From contig JAADEH010000010.1 in the NCBI GenBank assembly GCA_013153495.1, forward strand, positions 26,379 through 90,378: a stretch of 64,000 nt of DNA, in the 5' to 3' direction. Every line of letters begins with the position of its first letter. The stretch's first letter is position 1. This document shows, in pieces, positions 1 to 8,331 of the stretch. Origin of the DNA: Aquificota bacterium (GTDB lineage: Bacteria; Aquificota; Aquificia; Aquificales; Aquificaceae). The notes beneath the pieces were generated by a model. The model was given only the letters and a program-made list of their open reading frames with translations, did no database searches and had not been told where the DNA came from. The translations under genes were made by a program, and so were the position numbers.

Positions 1-1
1 G

Positions 2-577
2 CTCTACGCTCTGGGCGGAATATTCATGTTCCTCATAGGTGGTCTGACAGGTATTCCCAACGCTATGGTTGCTATAGACCTCGGAATATCCGATTCTCTC
101 TTCATAGTTGGACACTTCCACTATGTTCTCGGAATGGCTGTTACCCTCGGAGTTCTGGGGGCAATAATCTACTGGTTCCCCAAGATGACCGGAAAGATGT
201 ATCCCGAGGGATACGGAAAGCTCTCCTTCTGGCTCGTGTTCATAGGAGCAAATCTGTTCTACTTCTTCCAGATGGTTGTTGGAATGCTCGGCAATCCCAG
301 AAGGTATCCCGACTATCCTCCCATACCTGAGTGGCACACCCTACACCAGATACAGACCGTGGGAGCTGTGATACTCGGAATAGGAATACTCATCTTCACC
401 ATAGGTGTTATAAAGGGACTCCTCAGCGGAGAAAAAGCTCCCGATAACCCCTGGCAGTCCCAGTCCCTCGAGTGGAGAATAGCCTCCCCCGCACCTGTTG
501 ACAACTTCGGGGATGAACATCCCAAGGTAGAACCCGATTACCATCCCTATAAATACGGTGCACCTCCCGTGTTTTAG
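2..577 (+). CDS. coxA: Heme-copper oxidase subunit I, A-family (C-terminal part; gene starts before the window)
   Basis: The frame is open from base 2 (LYALGGIFMF...). It carries GGLTG, the VGHFHY heme-ligand motif, GxPRRYPDY and a C-terminal NPWxSxxLEW, all typical of A-type subunit I. Confidence 0.9.
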   Translation, partial: LYALGGIFMFLIGGLTGIPNAMVAIDLGISDSLFIVGHFHYVLGMAVTLGVLGAIIYWFPKMTGKMYPEGYGKLSFWLVFIGANLFYFFQMVVGMLGNPRRYPDYPPIPEWHTLHQIQTVGAVILGIGILIFTIGVIKGLLSGEKAPDNPWQSQSLEWRIASPAPVDNFGDEHPKVEPDYHPYKYGAPPVF

Positions 578-607
578 AACTTGAGCAACCTCCTGAGCCG
601 TTCCTTT

Positions 608-638
608 TGAGGGGCGTAAAGCCCCTCACCTTCTTTTT
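608..638 (+). terminator. Rho-independent terminator after the A-type oxidase gene
   Basis: Perfect 8-bp stem TGAGGGGC-GTAAA-GCCCCTCA (608-628) followed by CCTTCTTTTT. Confidence 0.75.
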
Positions 639-664
639 AAAAAACTAAAAAGAGATTTTGAAAC

Positions 665-676
665 CATTAATTAATG
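665..676. promoter_or_regulatory. Palindromic candidate operator upstream of the ba3 promoter
   Basis: Perfect 12-bp palindrome CATTAATTAATG ending 10 bp upstream of the -35 hexamer. Confidence 0.35.
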
Positions 677-686
677 TTTTAAAGAC

Positions 687-715
687 TTGACTAAACTCGA
701 GACTCTGCCTATAAT
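687..715 (+). promoter_or_regulatory. Sigma70 promoter of the ba3 oxidase operon
   Basis: TTGACT (687-692), 17-nt spacer, TATAAT (710-715). Confidence 0.8.
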
Positions 716-760
716 TCAAAACGGATAGGTTAGGTATTACTAACTAACGGAGGTTCCGTC

Positions 761-880
761 ATGGATGACAGAGAGGAGTTTTTTCCTATCGGAGCCGTAA
801 GCTTTTTCGGATTTTTGGTCGGCTTTTACGTGTTTCTGTGGATACTCGTTTATCTGTTACTTCTTTCCTTTGCGGACTGA
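761..880 (+). CDS. cbaD: Cytochrome ba3 oxidase subunit IIa (39-aa single-helix subunit; not in the ORF track)
   Basis: Hand translation gives MDDREEFFPIGAVSFFGFLVGFYVFLWILVYLLLLSFAD. It has a GGAGG RBS and one TM helix with the P.G...F....FW..VY pattern, and lies directly upstream of subunit II. Confidence 0.85.
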   Translation: MDDREEFFPIGAVSFFGFLVGFYVFLWILVYLLLLSFAD

Positions 881-892
881 GGAGGTGGAACG

Positions 893-1342
893 ATGGATAG
901 GGCTGAAAAGAGAGCCTTAATAACAGCGCTCGCTCTACTGCTGTTCTTCTTCGTTCTGATAGTGTATGCGGCAAAGGGGCTTAAAATCGACCTCCCTACC
1001 TGTATAACCGACGTTCAGCCCTTTAAGGAAGGAAGGCTTATCCAGCACGCTCCCGACAGATACGAGCTACAGGTCGTAGCCAAGATGTGGTTCTTTGACT
1101 TTAACCAGGGGCAGACCGAGATAGAGATACCTGCCGGCTCTGTGGTTGACATATACCTTACCTCCGCTGATGTGGTTCACGGTATGCACATCAACGGCAC
1201 AACTGTAAACCTGATGGCTATACCCGGAACGGTGAATTACGCAAGGTATAAGTTTGACAAGCCCGGCGTTTATCACGTCGTCTGCCACGAGTTCTGCGGT
1301 GTTGGACACCATGCCATGATGGGAAAAATCGTGGTCAAGTGA
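893..1342 (+). CDS. cbaB: Cytochrome ba3 oxidase subunit II (CuA)
   Basis: Single N-terminal TM helix; DVVHG and CHEFCGVGHHAM CuA ligands. Confidence 0.92.
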   Translation: MDRAEKRALITALALLLFFFVLIVYAAKGLKIDLPTCITDVQPFKEGRLIQHAPDRYELQVVAKMWFFDFNQGQTEIEIPAGSVVDIYLTSADVVHGMHINGTTVNLMAIPGTVNYARYKFDKPGVYHVVCHEFCGVGHHAMMGKIVVK

Positions 1343-1354
1343 GGAGGTTCAAAG

Positions 1355-3106
1355 ATGAGAGTTGAAGGTGGAATTAAGTTCATACTCTTGAGCGAGATAG
1401 TGTTCCCCATACTTCTACTGATATTCGGTGTCTATCACGGCGTAATGCAGGTTCTGTATAGGGCGGGTGTTCTGAAGGCAGATTCCTTCTTGGGTATCGA
1501 TTACTATCAAGGTCTTACGCTACACGGGGTTATAAACGCTATAGTGTTTACAACCTTCTTTGCTGTGGCTTTCGGTAATGCCATATCCCTCTACCTTCTC
1601 AAAAAACCCCTTAGACCTGCGGTTCAGTGGATTTCCTGGATTTTGATGGTGGGCGGAACCCTGATGGCTGCCTGGGCGATGTTCACCAAGAGGGCAACTC
1701 TCCTCTACACCTTCTATCCACCCCTGATAGGGCATTGGACCTTTTACATAGGAACCGTTCTCCTCGTAGTAGGTTCTCTGTTGCCTTTCTTCTTCGACTG
1801 GATACCCAGTGCAATAGCTTGGAAGAGGGAAAATCCTGACAAGAAGCTACCCCTTGCTGTTTTCGGCGTTTTCGTAAACCACATTCTTTGGACCATAATG
1901 ATAGTTCCCGTTGCGGTTGAAATTCTGTTCCAGCTCTTCCCCCTTTCCATAGGTCTCGTGGAAGACATAAATCCTCTGCTTGCAAGGACGCTCTTCTGGT
2001 TCTTCGGACACCCGGTAGTTTACTTCTGGCTTCTGCCTGCTTACGTGATGCTTTACACTATGCTCCCTAAGATAGTCTCCGATAAAGGAAAACTTTACTC
2101 TGACCCTGCGGGAAGGCTCGCTTTTATTCTCTTTCTGCTATTTTCTCTTCCCGTCGGTCTTCACCACCAGTTCACGGAACCCGGCATAACCAACGCTTGG
2201 AAGTTGATACATGCCATATTTACCTTCTTCGTGGCTCTTCCCAGTCTTATAACCGCTTTCACCGTTGCGGCGTCCCTTGAATACTCCGCAAAGGCTGAGG
2301 ACCCCAGCGTCAAGAATTCCAGGTTTTACTGGTGGACCAGACTTCCCTACCTCAGACTCGAAGGAGATAAGTGGCTCTTCTCCTATTTCTTTGCAGGTCT
2401 GGTTCTGTTCTTCTTCGGAGGGATAACGGGAATAGTTAACGCTTCCTACAACTTAAACCTTGCGGTTCACAATACCGCTTATGTTCCCGGACACTTCCAC
2501 ACCACCGTAGGTGGTCTCGTTCTGCTCGCTTTCTTAGGAATGTCCCTCTACATGGTGGCGAAGATAAGGGGAACGGAGGTCAAGTTTAAGGGGCTTGCCG
2601 CACTCGCTCCCTACTTCTGGATGCAGGGGATGTTTATGTTCTCCTACGCTATGATGGTCGGGGGTGCTCTCGAAGGCTTCCCCAGAAGAACCAACTCCGG
2701 ACTTACCTACCTGAACCCCGACTCTCCCCTATACAGACCCGAGTGGGTGGGATACGCTCAGCTCTCGGTAGTCGGAGGAGCGCTTCTCGGAATAGGCTTT
2801 ATCCTTTTCCTGATAGCCTTCTTCGGAACCCTGCTGGCACCTAAGATTAGGGAATCGGTGGTGGAATTCCCCATAGCGGACGCTTATCACGATGCACCCA
2901 CACCGGTGCTTAACAACCTCAAGGGTTGGACCGTTGCGGCGGTTCTGCTGGCGGTTCTCTCTTACATACCTCCCCTATACGACGTAACCCAGAGGGGTGT
3001 TTTCCACAATTCTCCCGCTTATAACGAAAAATACCCCATACCTATAAAACAGCTTCAGCAGACCGAGGCTCAAAGCAAAGAGGTTTCCTTAAAGGAGGAG
3101 AAGTGA
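1355..3106 (+). CDS. cbaA: Cytochrome ba3 oxidase subunit I (B-family heme-copper oxidase)
   Basis: Polytopic membrane protein with YYQGLTLHG, FWFFGHPVVYF, GLHHQF and PGHFH ligand motifs. Confidence 0.93.
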   Translation: MRVEGGIKFILLSEIVFPILLLIFGVYHGVMQVLYRAGVLKADSFLGIDYYQGLTLHGVINAIVFTTFFAVAFGNAISLYLLKKPLRPAVQWISWILMVGGTLMAAWAMFTKRATLLYTFYPPLIGHWTFYIGTVLLVVGSLLPFFFDWIPSAIAWKRENPDKKLPLAVFGVFVNHILWTIMIVPVAVEILFQLFPLSIGLVEDINPLLARTLFWFFGHPVVYFWLLPAYVMLYTMLPKIVSDKGKLYSDPAGRLAFILFLLFSLPVGLHHQFTEPGITNAWKLIHAIFTFFVALPSLITAFTVAASLEYSAKAEDPSVKNSRFYWWTRLPYLRLEGDKWLFSYFFAGLVLFFFGGITGIVNASYNLNLAVHNTAYVPGHFHTTVGGLVLLAFLGMSLYMVAKIRGTEVKFKGLAALAPYFWMQGMFMFSYAMMVGGALEGFPRRTNSGLTYLNPDSPLYRPEWVGYAQLSVVGGALLGIGFILFLIAFFGTLLAPKIRESVVEFPIADAYHDAPTPVLNNLKGWTVAAVLLAVLSYIPPLYDVTQRGVFHNSPAYNEKYPIPIKQLQQTEAQSKEVSLKEEK

Positions 3107-3107
3107 T

Positions 3108-3827
3108 ATGCGTTTTCCGGCTCCCCTCGTCCCCCTTTTCCTCCTTTTTTTAATCTCCTTAGTTGGTGCTCAAACCTCAGGCACAGGCATACCTCCTAAC
3201 GAAAGCAGAACCTTGGGTAAGGAAGTTCCCGATGTGGTTTTAATAGACTCCTACGGAAATAAGTTCAACCTCCACGACCTTAGGGGAAAACCTGTAATAC
3301 TGAGTCCCATATACACCCACTGCACCTCTGCCTGTCCTATAATCACCCAAAGCCTGCAAAAAACTATCCCCCTTATGGGAACTCCCGGAGAGGATTTCTA
3401 CATACTCAGCCTGACCTTTGACCCCAAGGATGCGGTTGAAGACCTCAAGAAGTTTCGTAAAAAGCACAACATAAACTCAGAGGGTTGGAAGGTAGTTCTG
3501 GTGGAGAACAAGTCCGACCTCTTTAAGCTCTTAGATGCAATAGATTTTCGCTTTGCGACCCTACCCAACAGGGAATTCGTTCATCCCAACCTTATAGTGT
3601 TTTTAGACAAGGATATGGTCATAAGGAAGTATCTCTACGGGGTTGCCTTTGACAAGCTCGAGTTTGCCAACGCTCTGAGAATTGCCAAAGGGGAGATTGC
3701 GCTTCCCGAAAAGTTCAGAGGACACCTTTTTCTGGTCGGCATGCTCGGTTTCGTTAGCACGGTTATATTTCTGGTTGTGAGATTGTCCAGAAAGCGTATC
3801 CGAAGTGAAGAAAATCCTGCGGTTTAA
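3108..3827 (+). CDS. sco: SCO/SenC family copper chaperone
   Basis: CTSAC (CxxxC) motif, a downstream His (FVHPN), an N-terminal signal and a C-terminal TM; follows cbaA. Confidence 0.85.
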   Translation: MRFPAPLVPLFLLFLISLVGAQTSGTGIPPNESRTLGKEVPDVVLIDSYGNKFNLHDLRGKPVILSPIYTHCTSACPIITQSLQKTIPLMGTPGEDFYILSLTFDPKDAVEDLKKFRKKHNINSEGWKVVLVENKSDLFKLLDAIDFRFATLPNREFVHPNLIVFLDKDMVIRKYLYGVAFDKLEFANALRIAKGEIALPEKFRGHLFLVGMLGFVSTVIFLVVRLSRKRIRSEENPAV

Positions 3828-3831
3828 ATGT

Positions 3832-3858
3832 ATGTTAATATTCGCACATAATTAACAT
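3832..3858. promoter_or_regulatory. Inverted repeat in the AT-rich region upstream of the 663-aa gene
   Basis: ATGTTAAT-N11-ATTAACAT. Confidence 0.35.
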
Positions 3859-3937
3859 TTATGTATAAATAAGTATATCGATTTGAATTATCACATAAAA
3901 TCAGGCTAAACTCTTTAAAAATCTGTCTAAGGGGGAG

Positions 3938-5929
3938 ATGGAAATGGGAAATCTTATTACTCTAATGTGGAGTATTACACTAACCTTAGCCTTAACTTAC
4001 TCACTAACCTTCGGGATAGGGTTCAACCCTAAAAGCTTTACTAAGTGGGGATTCGAATTCTTCGGTGTAACGGATATTATGAAGGACTTATTCCAGTGTT
4101 TTATGCCTACTTGTAACATGATTTATCCTTACGATTTCACCGTTTATACCTATAATTCCAATCGAAATGATGAGCAAAAGAAATTTGTCGTTGCAGCAGG
4201 TGGGCTTGGAGACCCAGATGTGGAAACAGGATACGGTGTGCTTCTTTACTCGCCCGATGGATTTAGGTGGTATCCCATACTCGATGAGTATTACGACCCA
4301 CAAAATATAAGATTTTTTGAGCGTAAGCTGTGGGCTGTAGCTTCTGGACAAACATCTCAGGGTAATAAAACGAATATAGTAGTTGCTGTAGGAGATGAAG
4401 GAGATGTTGTAATAGCTGCCTACAATGCTGAAAAAGGAAGGTGGGATTCTTATAGAAGTGGAAAGAAATGTGGAGACGATATGCTCGACATAACTTATGT
4501 AGATAATACGAATTCCTTTGTTGCTGTTGGTGATAACGGTAGGGTGTGCGTTATAAAAGTTGGCAGTGTAGCCTTCGATAATGACCCTGTGGAACAAGAC
4601 CTTATGGGCGAACTTTCCGTGAATTTTGAAAGTGTGGAAAAGTTTACTCTCAGAGATGGAAATGGTAAAAAGATAAACTTGTTTCTATACGGCGTCGAAT
4701 ATTACGACAACGATTTGATAATCGTGGGTGATTTAGGGGGGATATTTAAAATTGAAAATGTAAGCAGTGATACATCCAGCTGGGAAGCTGTAAGACTCAA
4801 GGTAGGTTTAAATCCAAAGCAAAAGGATGCAGACAATTCTCAAAGTGGAAATAACTCTTCATGTAAGGACAACAAGGGTAATAAGCCGTCCACACCGGAG
4901 GCAAAAATTTATGACCCTATATATGATGTAGTATCTCTTGGAGATAAAGGAGAATTCTTGGCGGTAGGTAAAAACGGTCTTATTATCCATATATCAAATA
5001 ATTATTGTGACTACAATGCGGGACTTATAAGACTTAACCTCATAGAGGAAGTGGATTTGGGAACATCAGACTACGGTTGGGTTTCCGCCATGTTTCCTAC
5101 TTTAAAAGGTATATCGGTTAATAGATTTGGCTATGGTAGTGATAAGTATACCGTTTACGCTATGGTAAGCCGTGAAGGGCTAATTTTCTTAACCGATGAC
5201 TTTAAAAAGGGATGGGCAGTCATAGCTCCCGACCCTGCTTACAGAATTTCGCTAAACGGAATAACGGGCTTTGGTTCGGGCTTTGTTTCTGGTTCTCTCG
5301 GATTAGTTTTCTCGGTAATACAGAAACCTGTGCTTACTGCTTATCCTTCTCAAATAGTTGTTCCTCTTGTTCTTGATGGGTCCATATCTTACATTAGGGT
5401 AAATACGAAAAACAATACGTTTTTGCCTGTGATGGTTGACGCTATAAGAGTATATAACTATGCGGATTATAAGAAAAATTGTTTAGATGGCGTCTTTCTT
5501 TCTGATGATACCACTTTAAAAGGAGAACCTATAACATGCAAAGGAATGTCTTCTGTAGATGTAAACATAGTAGATGTAAACTGCGGTGAGAACACTTCTT
5601 TATATGTGGATAGTGCTCTCGTGAATCCCGGTGAGACCTGTGAGGTTTTAATTAGGATACAGCCTTCAACTGATATAACCTCTTTTAATGAAAATTACTT
5701 CATCTTGGAATATGAAACGGAGAATCCGATGACGAAAATGCTCATTCCCCTCGCTTCTGTGGGAATACAACTAAATGTCCTCGATAAGGAACAGGCAGTC
5801 AGTGAAGCACAGGCATTAGGTGGGTGTAGCATGGGAAATAGGTTTAATACTGACTTTATTTTGGTTCTTGTGCTTGCGGTAAGTATGTTCCTTTTAAGGA
5901 GATTTTATATGAGGAAAACCCCCGCATAA
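3938..5929 (+). CDS. Predicted exported beta-propeller protein (Ycf48/BNR-like blades) with a C-terminal GGC-TM-RR tail
   Basis: Hydrophobic N-terminus. Repeated VAVGDxG-type blades (VVAVGDEG, FVAVGDNG, IIVGDLG, FLAVGKNG) and Asp-box-like SPDGFRW and TDDFKKGW. Ends ALGGCSMG...ILVLVLAVSMFLLRR. Markedly AT-rich. Confidence 0.6.
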   Translation: MEMGNLITLMWSITLTLALTYSLTFGIGFNPKSFTKWGFEFFGVTDIMKDLFQCFMPTCNMIYPYDFTVYTYNSNRNDEQKKFVVAAGGLGDPDVETGYGVLLYSPDGFRWYPILDEYYDPQNIRFFERKLWAVASGQTSQGNKTNIVVAVGDEGDVVIAAYNAEKGRWDSYRSGKKCGDDMLDITYVDNTNSFVAVGDNGRVCVIKVGSVAFDNDPVEQDLMGELSVNFESVEKFTLRDGNGKKINLFLYGVEYYDNDLIIVGDLGGIFKIENVSSDTSSWEAVRLKVGLNPKQKDADNSQSGNNSSCKDNKGNKPSTPEAKIYDPIYDVVSLGDKGEFLAVGKNGLIIHISNNYCDYNAGLIRLNLIEEVDLGTSDYGWVSAMFPTLKGISVNRFGYGSDKYTVYAMVSREGLIFLTDDFKKGWAVIAPDPAYRISLNGITGFGSGFVSGSLGLVFSVIQKPVLTAYPSQIVVPLVLDGSISYIRVNTKNNTFLPVMVDAIRVYNYADYKKNCLDGVFLSDDTTLKGEPITCKGMSSVDVNIVDVNCGENTSLYVDSALVNPGETCEVLIRIQPSTDITSFNENYFILEYETENPMTKMLIPLASVGIQLNVLDKEQAVSEAQALGGCSMGNRFNTDFILVLVLAVSMFLLRRFYMRKTPA

Positions 5930-6675
5930 AGGAGAGCGACCGCTATGCGGTAAACCCCGAAGAGGGTAAAACCGTGGGAGTTTAGGAAACGCAGAAAGAG
6001 TTTAACCGTGAAGAGAGCGGTAAAGAAAGCGGTTATAAAACCCACACCCAGAAGCTCCCACTGCCCCCCCTCGAACTGTCCACCGCTCTTGTATAGGTCG
6101 TAGGCAGTAGCGGTAAACATGGTAGGAACCGCAAGAATAAAGGAAAATTCCGCAGCGCTCTTTCTGGAAAGCCCCATCAGCATACCGCCTATAATAGTTG
6201 CCCCGGACCTCGACACCCCCGGCACCACCGCAAGGGACTGGAAAAGCCCCACCGCAAAAGCCTTCTTCAGAGGCATATCGTCTATGTCCTTCAAGTAGCA
6301 AAACCTCTCACAATACCTGTCCGCCAGAATAAGCACCACACCGCCCAAAAATAGGTTCACCACCACCACGAGTTCGTTCCCCAGCAAATACCCCTTTATA
6401 ACCTTGTAAAGGAGAAATCCCACGATCCCTGTGGGAATAAAGGCAACCAGAACCCTCTTCCAGGTCTCAAAATCCTTCAAAAACCTTTCCCAGTAAAGGA
6501 AGAGAACCGCAAGTATGGAGCCGAGCTGAATAGCTATCTCAAAGCTCTTGGTAAACTCGTCGTGGGGAACACCGAGCATGTGAGCGGTTAAAATTAAGTG
6601 TCCCGTAGAGGACACGGGCAAAAACTCCGTCAGCCCCTCGACCACCCCCAAAATGAAAGCTTCCTTCACCGTCAT
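5905..6675 (-). CDS. uppP: Undecaprenyl-diphosphate phosphatase
   Basis: GVVEGLTEFLPVSSTGH and PGVSRSGATI motifs. Start reassigned to the ATG at 6675 (MTVKEAFILG). Confidence 0.93.
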   Translation of the reverse strand: MTVKEAFILGVVEGLTEFLPVSSTGHLILTAHMLGVPHDEFTKSFEIAIQLGSILAVLFLYWERFLKDFETWKRVLVAFIPTGIVGFLLYKVIKGYLLGNELVVVVNLFLGGVVLILADRYCERFCYLKDIDDMPLKKAFAVGLFQSLAVVPGVSRSGATIIGGMLMGLSRKSAAEFSFILAVPTMFTATAYDLYKSGGQFEGGQWELLGVGFITAFFTALFTVKLFLRFLNSHGFTLFGVYRIAVALLYAGVFLI

Positions 6676-6695
6676 GGAGAGATAATTATAAAGCT

Positions 6696-7838
6696 GTGAA
6701 GTTCGACGTCGTAGTTGTAGGTGCAGGACCCGCAGGTGCAAAAACCGCCTACGAGCTTGCCCGCAAAGGTGCAAAAGTCCTGATAATAGAAAAGCACAAA
6801 CTTCCCCGCTTCAAACTCTGCGGTGGATGCCTCTCCGCCAGAACCGCAGCCCTTTTACCCGAAGGCTGGCAAGGACAGGTCCTCAACGAAATAAAGAAGG
6901 GAATACTCGGATTTAAAGGAAAAGAGTTTATAGAAAAGACCGCCCTTCGGGCGGTGGCTTACATAATAGACAGAACATCCTTTGACCACTTCCTCACCCA
7001 AAAGGCTATCGAGGCAGGTGCCCAGCTCTGGGAAGAGGCACCCCTGACTCACTTCACCGTGGAAAATACCGTGAAAATTTCAACTCCCAAAGGAACGGTG
7101 AAGGCAGACTTCCTGGTGGGATCGGACGGCTTTTACACCAAAGTGGGAAAAATCCTCGGATACCAGAAGAAAAACTTCTTCCGCTCGGTAGAGTTCTGGA
7201 CCGAAGGCAACCTTCAGGATAGCGTCGTAATAGACCTCGGAATAGTATCCCGTGGCTACGCCTGGATTTTTCCGAAGGGAAACATGCTCAGCATAGGTGT
7301 TGCCACTACGGGAAGGGAAAACCTGAAAGATGTTCTCGAAAGGTATGTCAGAGACCATAAACTCCTCGAAAACATTACCGTAAAAGGTCTCAAGGGCTGG
7401 ATGATACCCTACCTAACCAAACCCGAAGACGCCCATCTGGGAAGGGGAAGAATTCTCCTTGTGGGAGATTCCGCAAATCTGGTGGACCCCCTGTTGGGAG
7501 AGGGCATATACTATGCGCTCAAAAGCGCCGAGCTTTGCGCCCAATCCATACTCAGCTCCCCTGAAAACCCGCTGCCCCAATACAGAAACTCCCTTCTGCG
7601 GGAAGTTATTCCCGAACTCGTATCCGCAGGAAAGATTGCCAACCTCGCCTATCGCTTTCAGAGGGTAGCCTACCGAATGGGTGCGGGATTTTCCCTCGAG
7701 AGGTTCTTCAAACTCTTGGAGGGGGAAGAGACCTACGAAAGCCTGTATCGCAAGGGAATGCCTGAATTTATTATGTCTCTCTTGCATATTGAAAATTTTT
7801 TGCATATAATAATAGATAAAATCTTAAGGAGGAGGTAA
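6696..7838 (+). CDS. Geranylgeranyl-reductase-family FAD oxidoreductase
   Basis: VVGAGPAG FAD motif, PRFKLCGG, GYAWIFP, and LVGDSANLVDPLLGEGIYYA. Confidence 0.8.
   Translation: MKFDVVVVGAGPAGAKTAYELARKGAKVLIIEKHKLPRFKLCGGCLSARTAALLPEGWQGQVLNEIKKGILGFKGKEFIEKTALRAVAYIIDRTSFDHFLTQKAIEAGAQLWEEAPLTHFTVENTVKISTPKGTVKADFLVGSDGFYTKVGKILGYQKKNFFRSVEFWTEGNLQDSVVIDLGIVSRGYAWIFPKGNMLSIGVATTGRENLKDVLERYVRDHKLLENITVKGLKGWMIPYLTKPEDAHLGRGRILLVGDSANLVDPLLGEGIYYALKSAELCAQSILSSPENPLPQYRNSLLREVIPELVSAGKIANLAYRFQRVAYRMGAGFSLERFFKLLEGEETYESLYRKGMPEFIMSLLHIENFLHIIIDKILRRR
7782..7810 (+). promoter_or_regulatory. Sigma70 promoter for the rubrerythrin operon, embedded in the 3' end of the upstream CDS
   Basis: TTGCAT (7782-7787), 17-nt spacer, TATAAT (7805-7810), in an abruptly AT-rich patch. 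Confidence 0.6.
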
Positions 7839-7843
7839 GAACC

Positions 7844-8281
7844 ATGAGCAAAAGCCTTTCAGGAACAAAAACCCTCGAGAACCTAAAGGCAGCCTTTGCT
7901 GGGGAGTCTCAGGCTAACAGAAGGTATCTCTACTTTGCAAGAGAGGCTGACATACAAGGTTATCCCGATGTTGCCAACATATTCAGGGAGACCGCAGAGG
8001 GAGAGACCGGGCACGCCTTCGGACACCTCGACATGATGAGGAAATACGGTGGTGTTGACCCCGCAACCGACAAAACCATAAACTCCCTCGAGGAAATGCT
8101 CGAGTCCGCCATAGCGGGAGAGACCTACGAATACACTGAGATGTATCCCGGCTTCGCTAAGGTAGCGAGGGAAGAAGGCTTTGACGAGATAGCAGAGTGG
8201 TTCGAGACCCTCGCAAGAGCTGAGAAGTCCCACGCCGGAAGGTTCCAGAAAGCTCTCGAGCAGTATAAGGCTTCCGCCTAA
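7844..8281 (+). CDS. rbr: Rubrerythrin, short form without a rubredoxin domain (sulerythrin/ferriperoxin-like)
   Basis: [42 protein letters not shown] and EKSHA di-iron ligands. Confidence 0.9.
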   Translation: MSKSLSGTKTLENLKAAFAGESQANRRYLYFAREADIQGYPDVANIFRETAEGETGHAFGHLDMMRKYGGVDPATDKTINSLEEMLESAIAGETYEYTEMYPGFAKVAREEGFDEIAEWFETLARAEKSHAGRFQKALEQYKASA

Positions 8282-8290
8282 ACCCTTCGG

Positions 8291-8304
8291 GGGGCTTTTG
8301 CCCC
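8291..8304 (+). other. Intercistronic hairpin after rubrerythrin
   Basis: GGGGC-TTTT-GCCCC, overlapping CCC-TTCG-GGG; no long U tract follows. Confidence 0.4.
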
Positions 8305-8331
8305 TCAATAAAAAACTAACGGAGAAAACAA

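Noticed and set aside
3880-3900. TTTGA-ATTA-TCACA as a CRP/FNR site
   Set aside because: The spacing and half-sites fit neither TGTGA-N6-TCACA nor TTGAT-N4-ATCAA.
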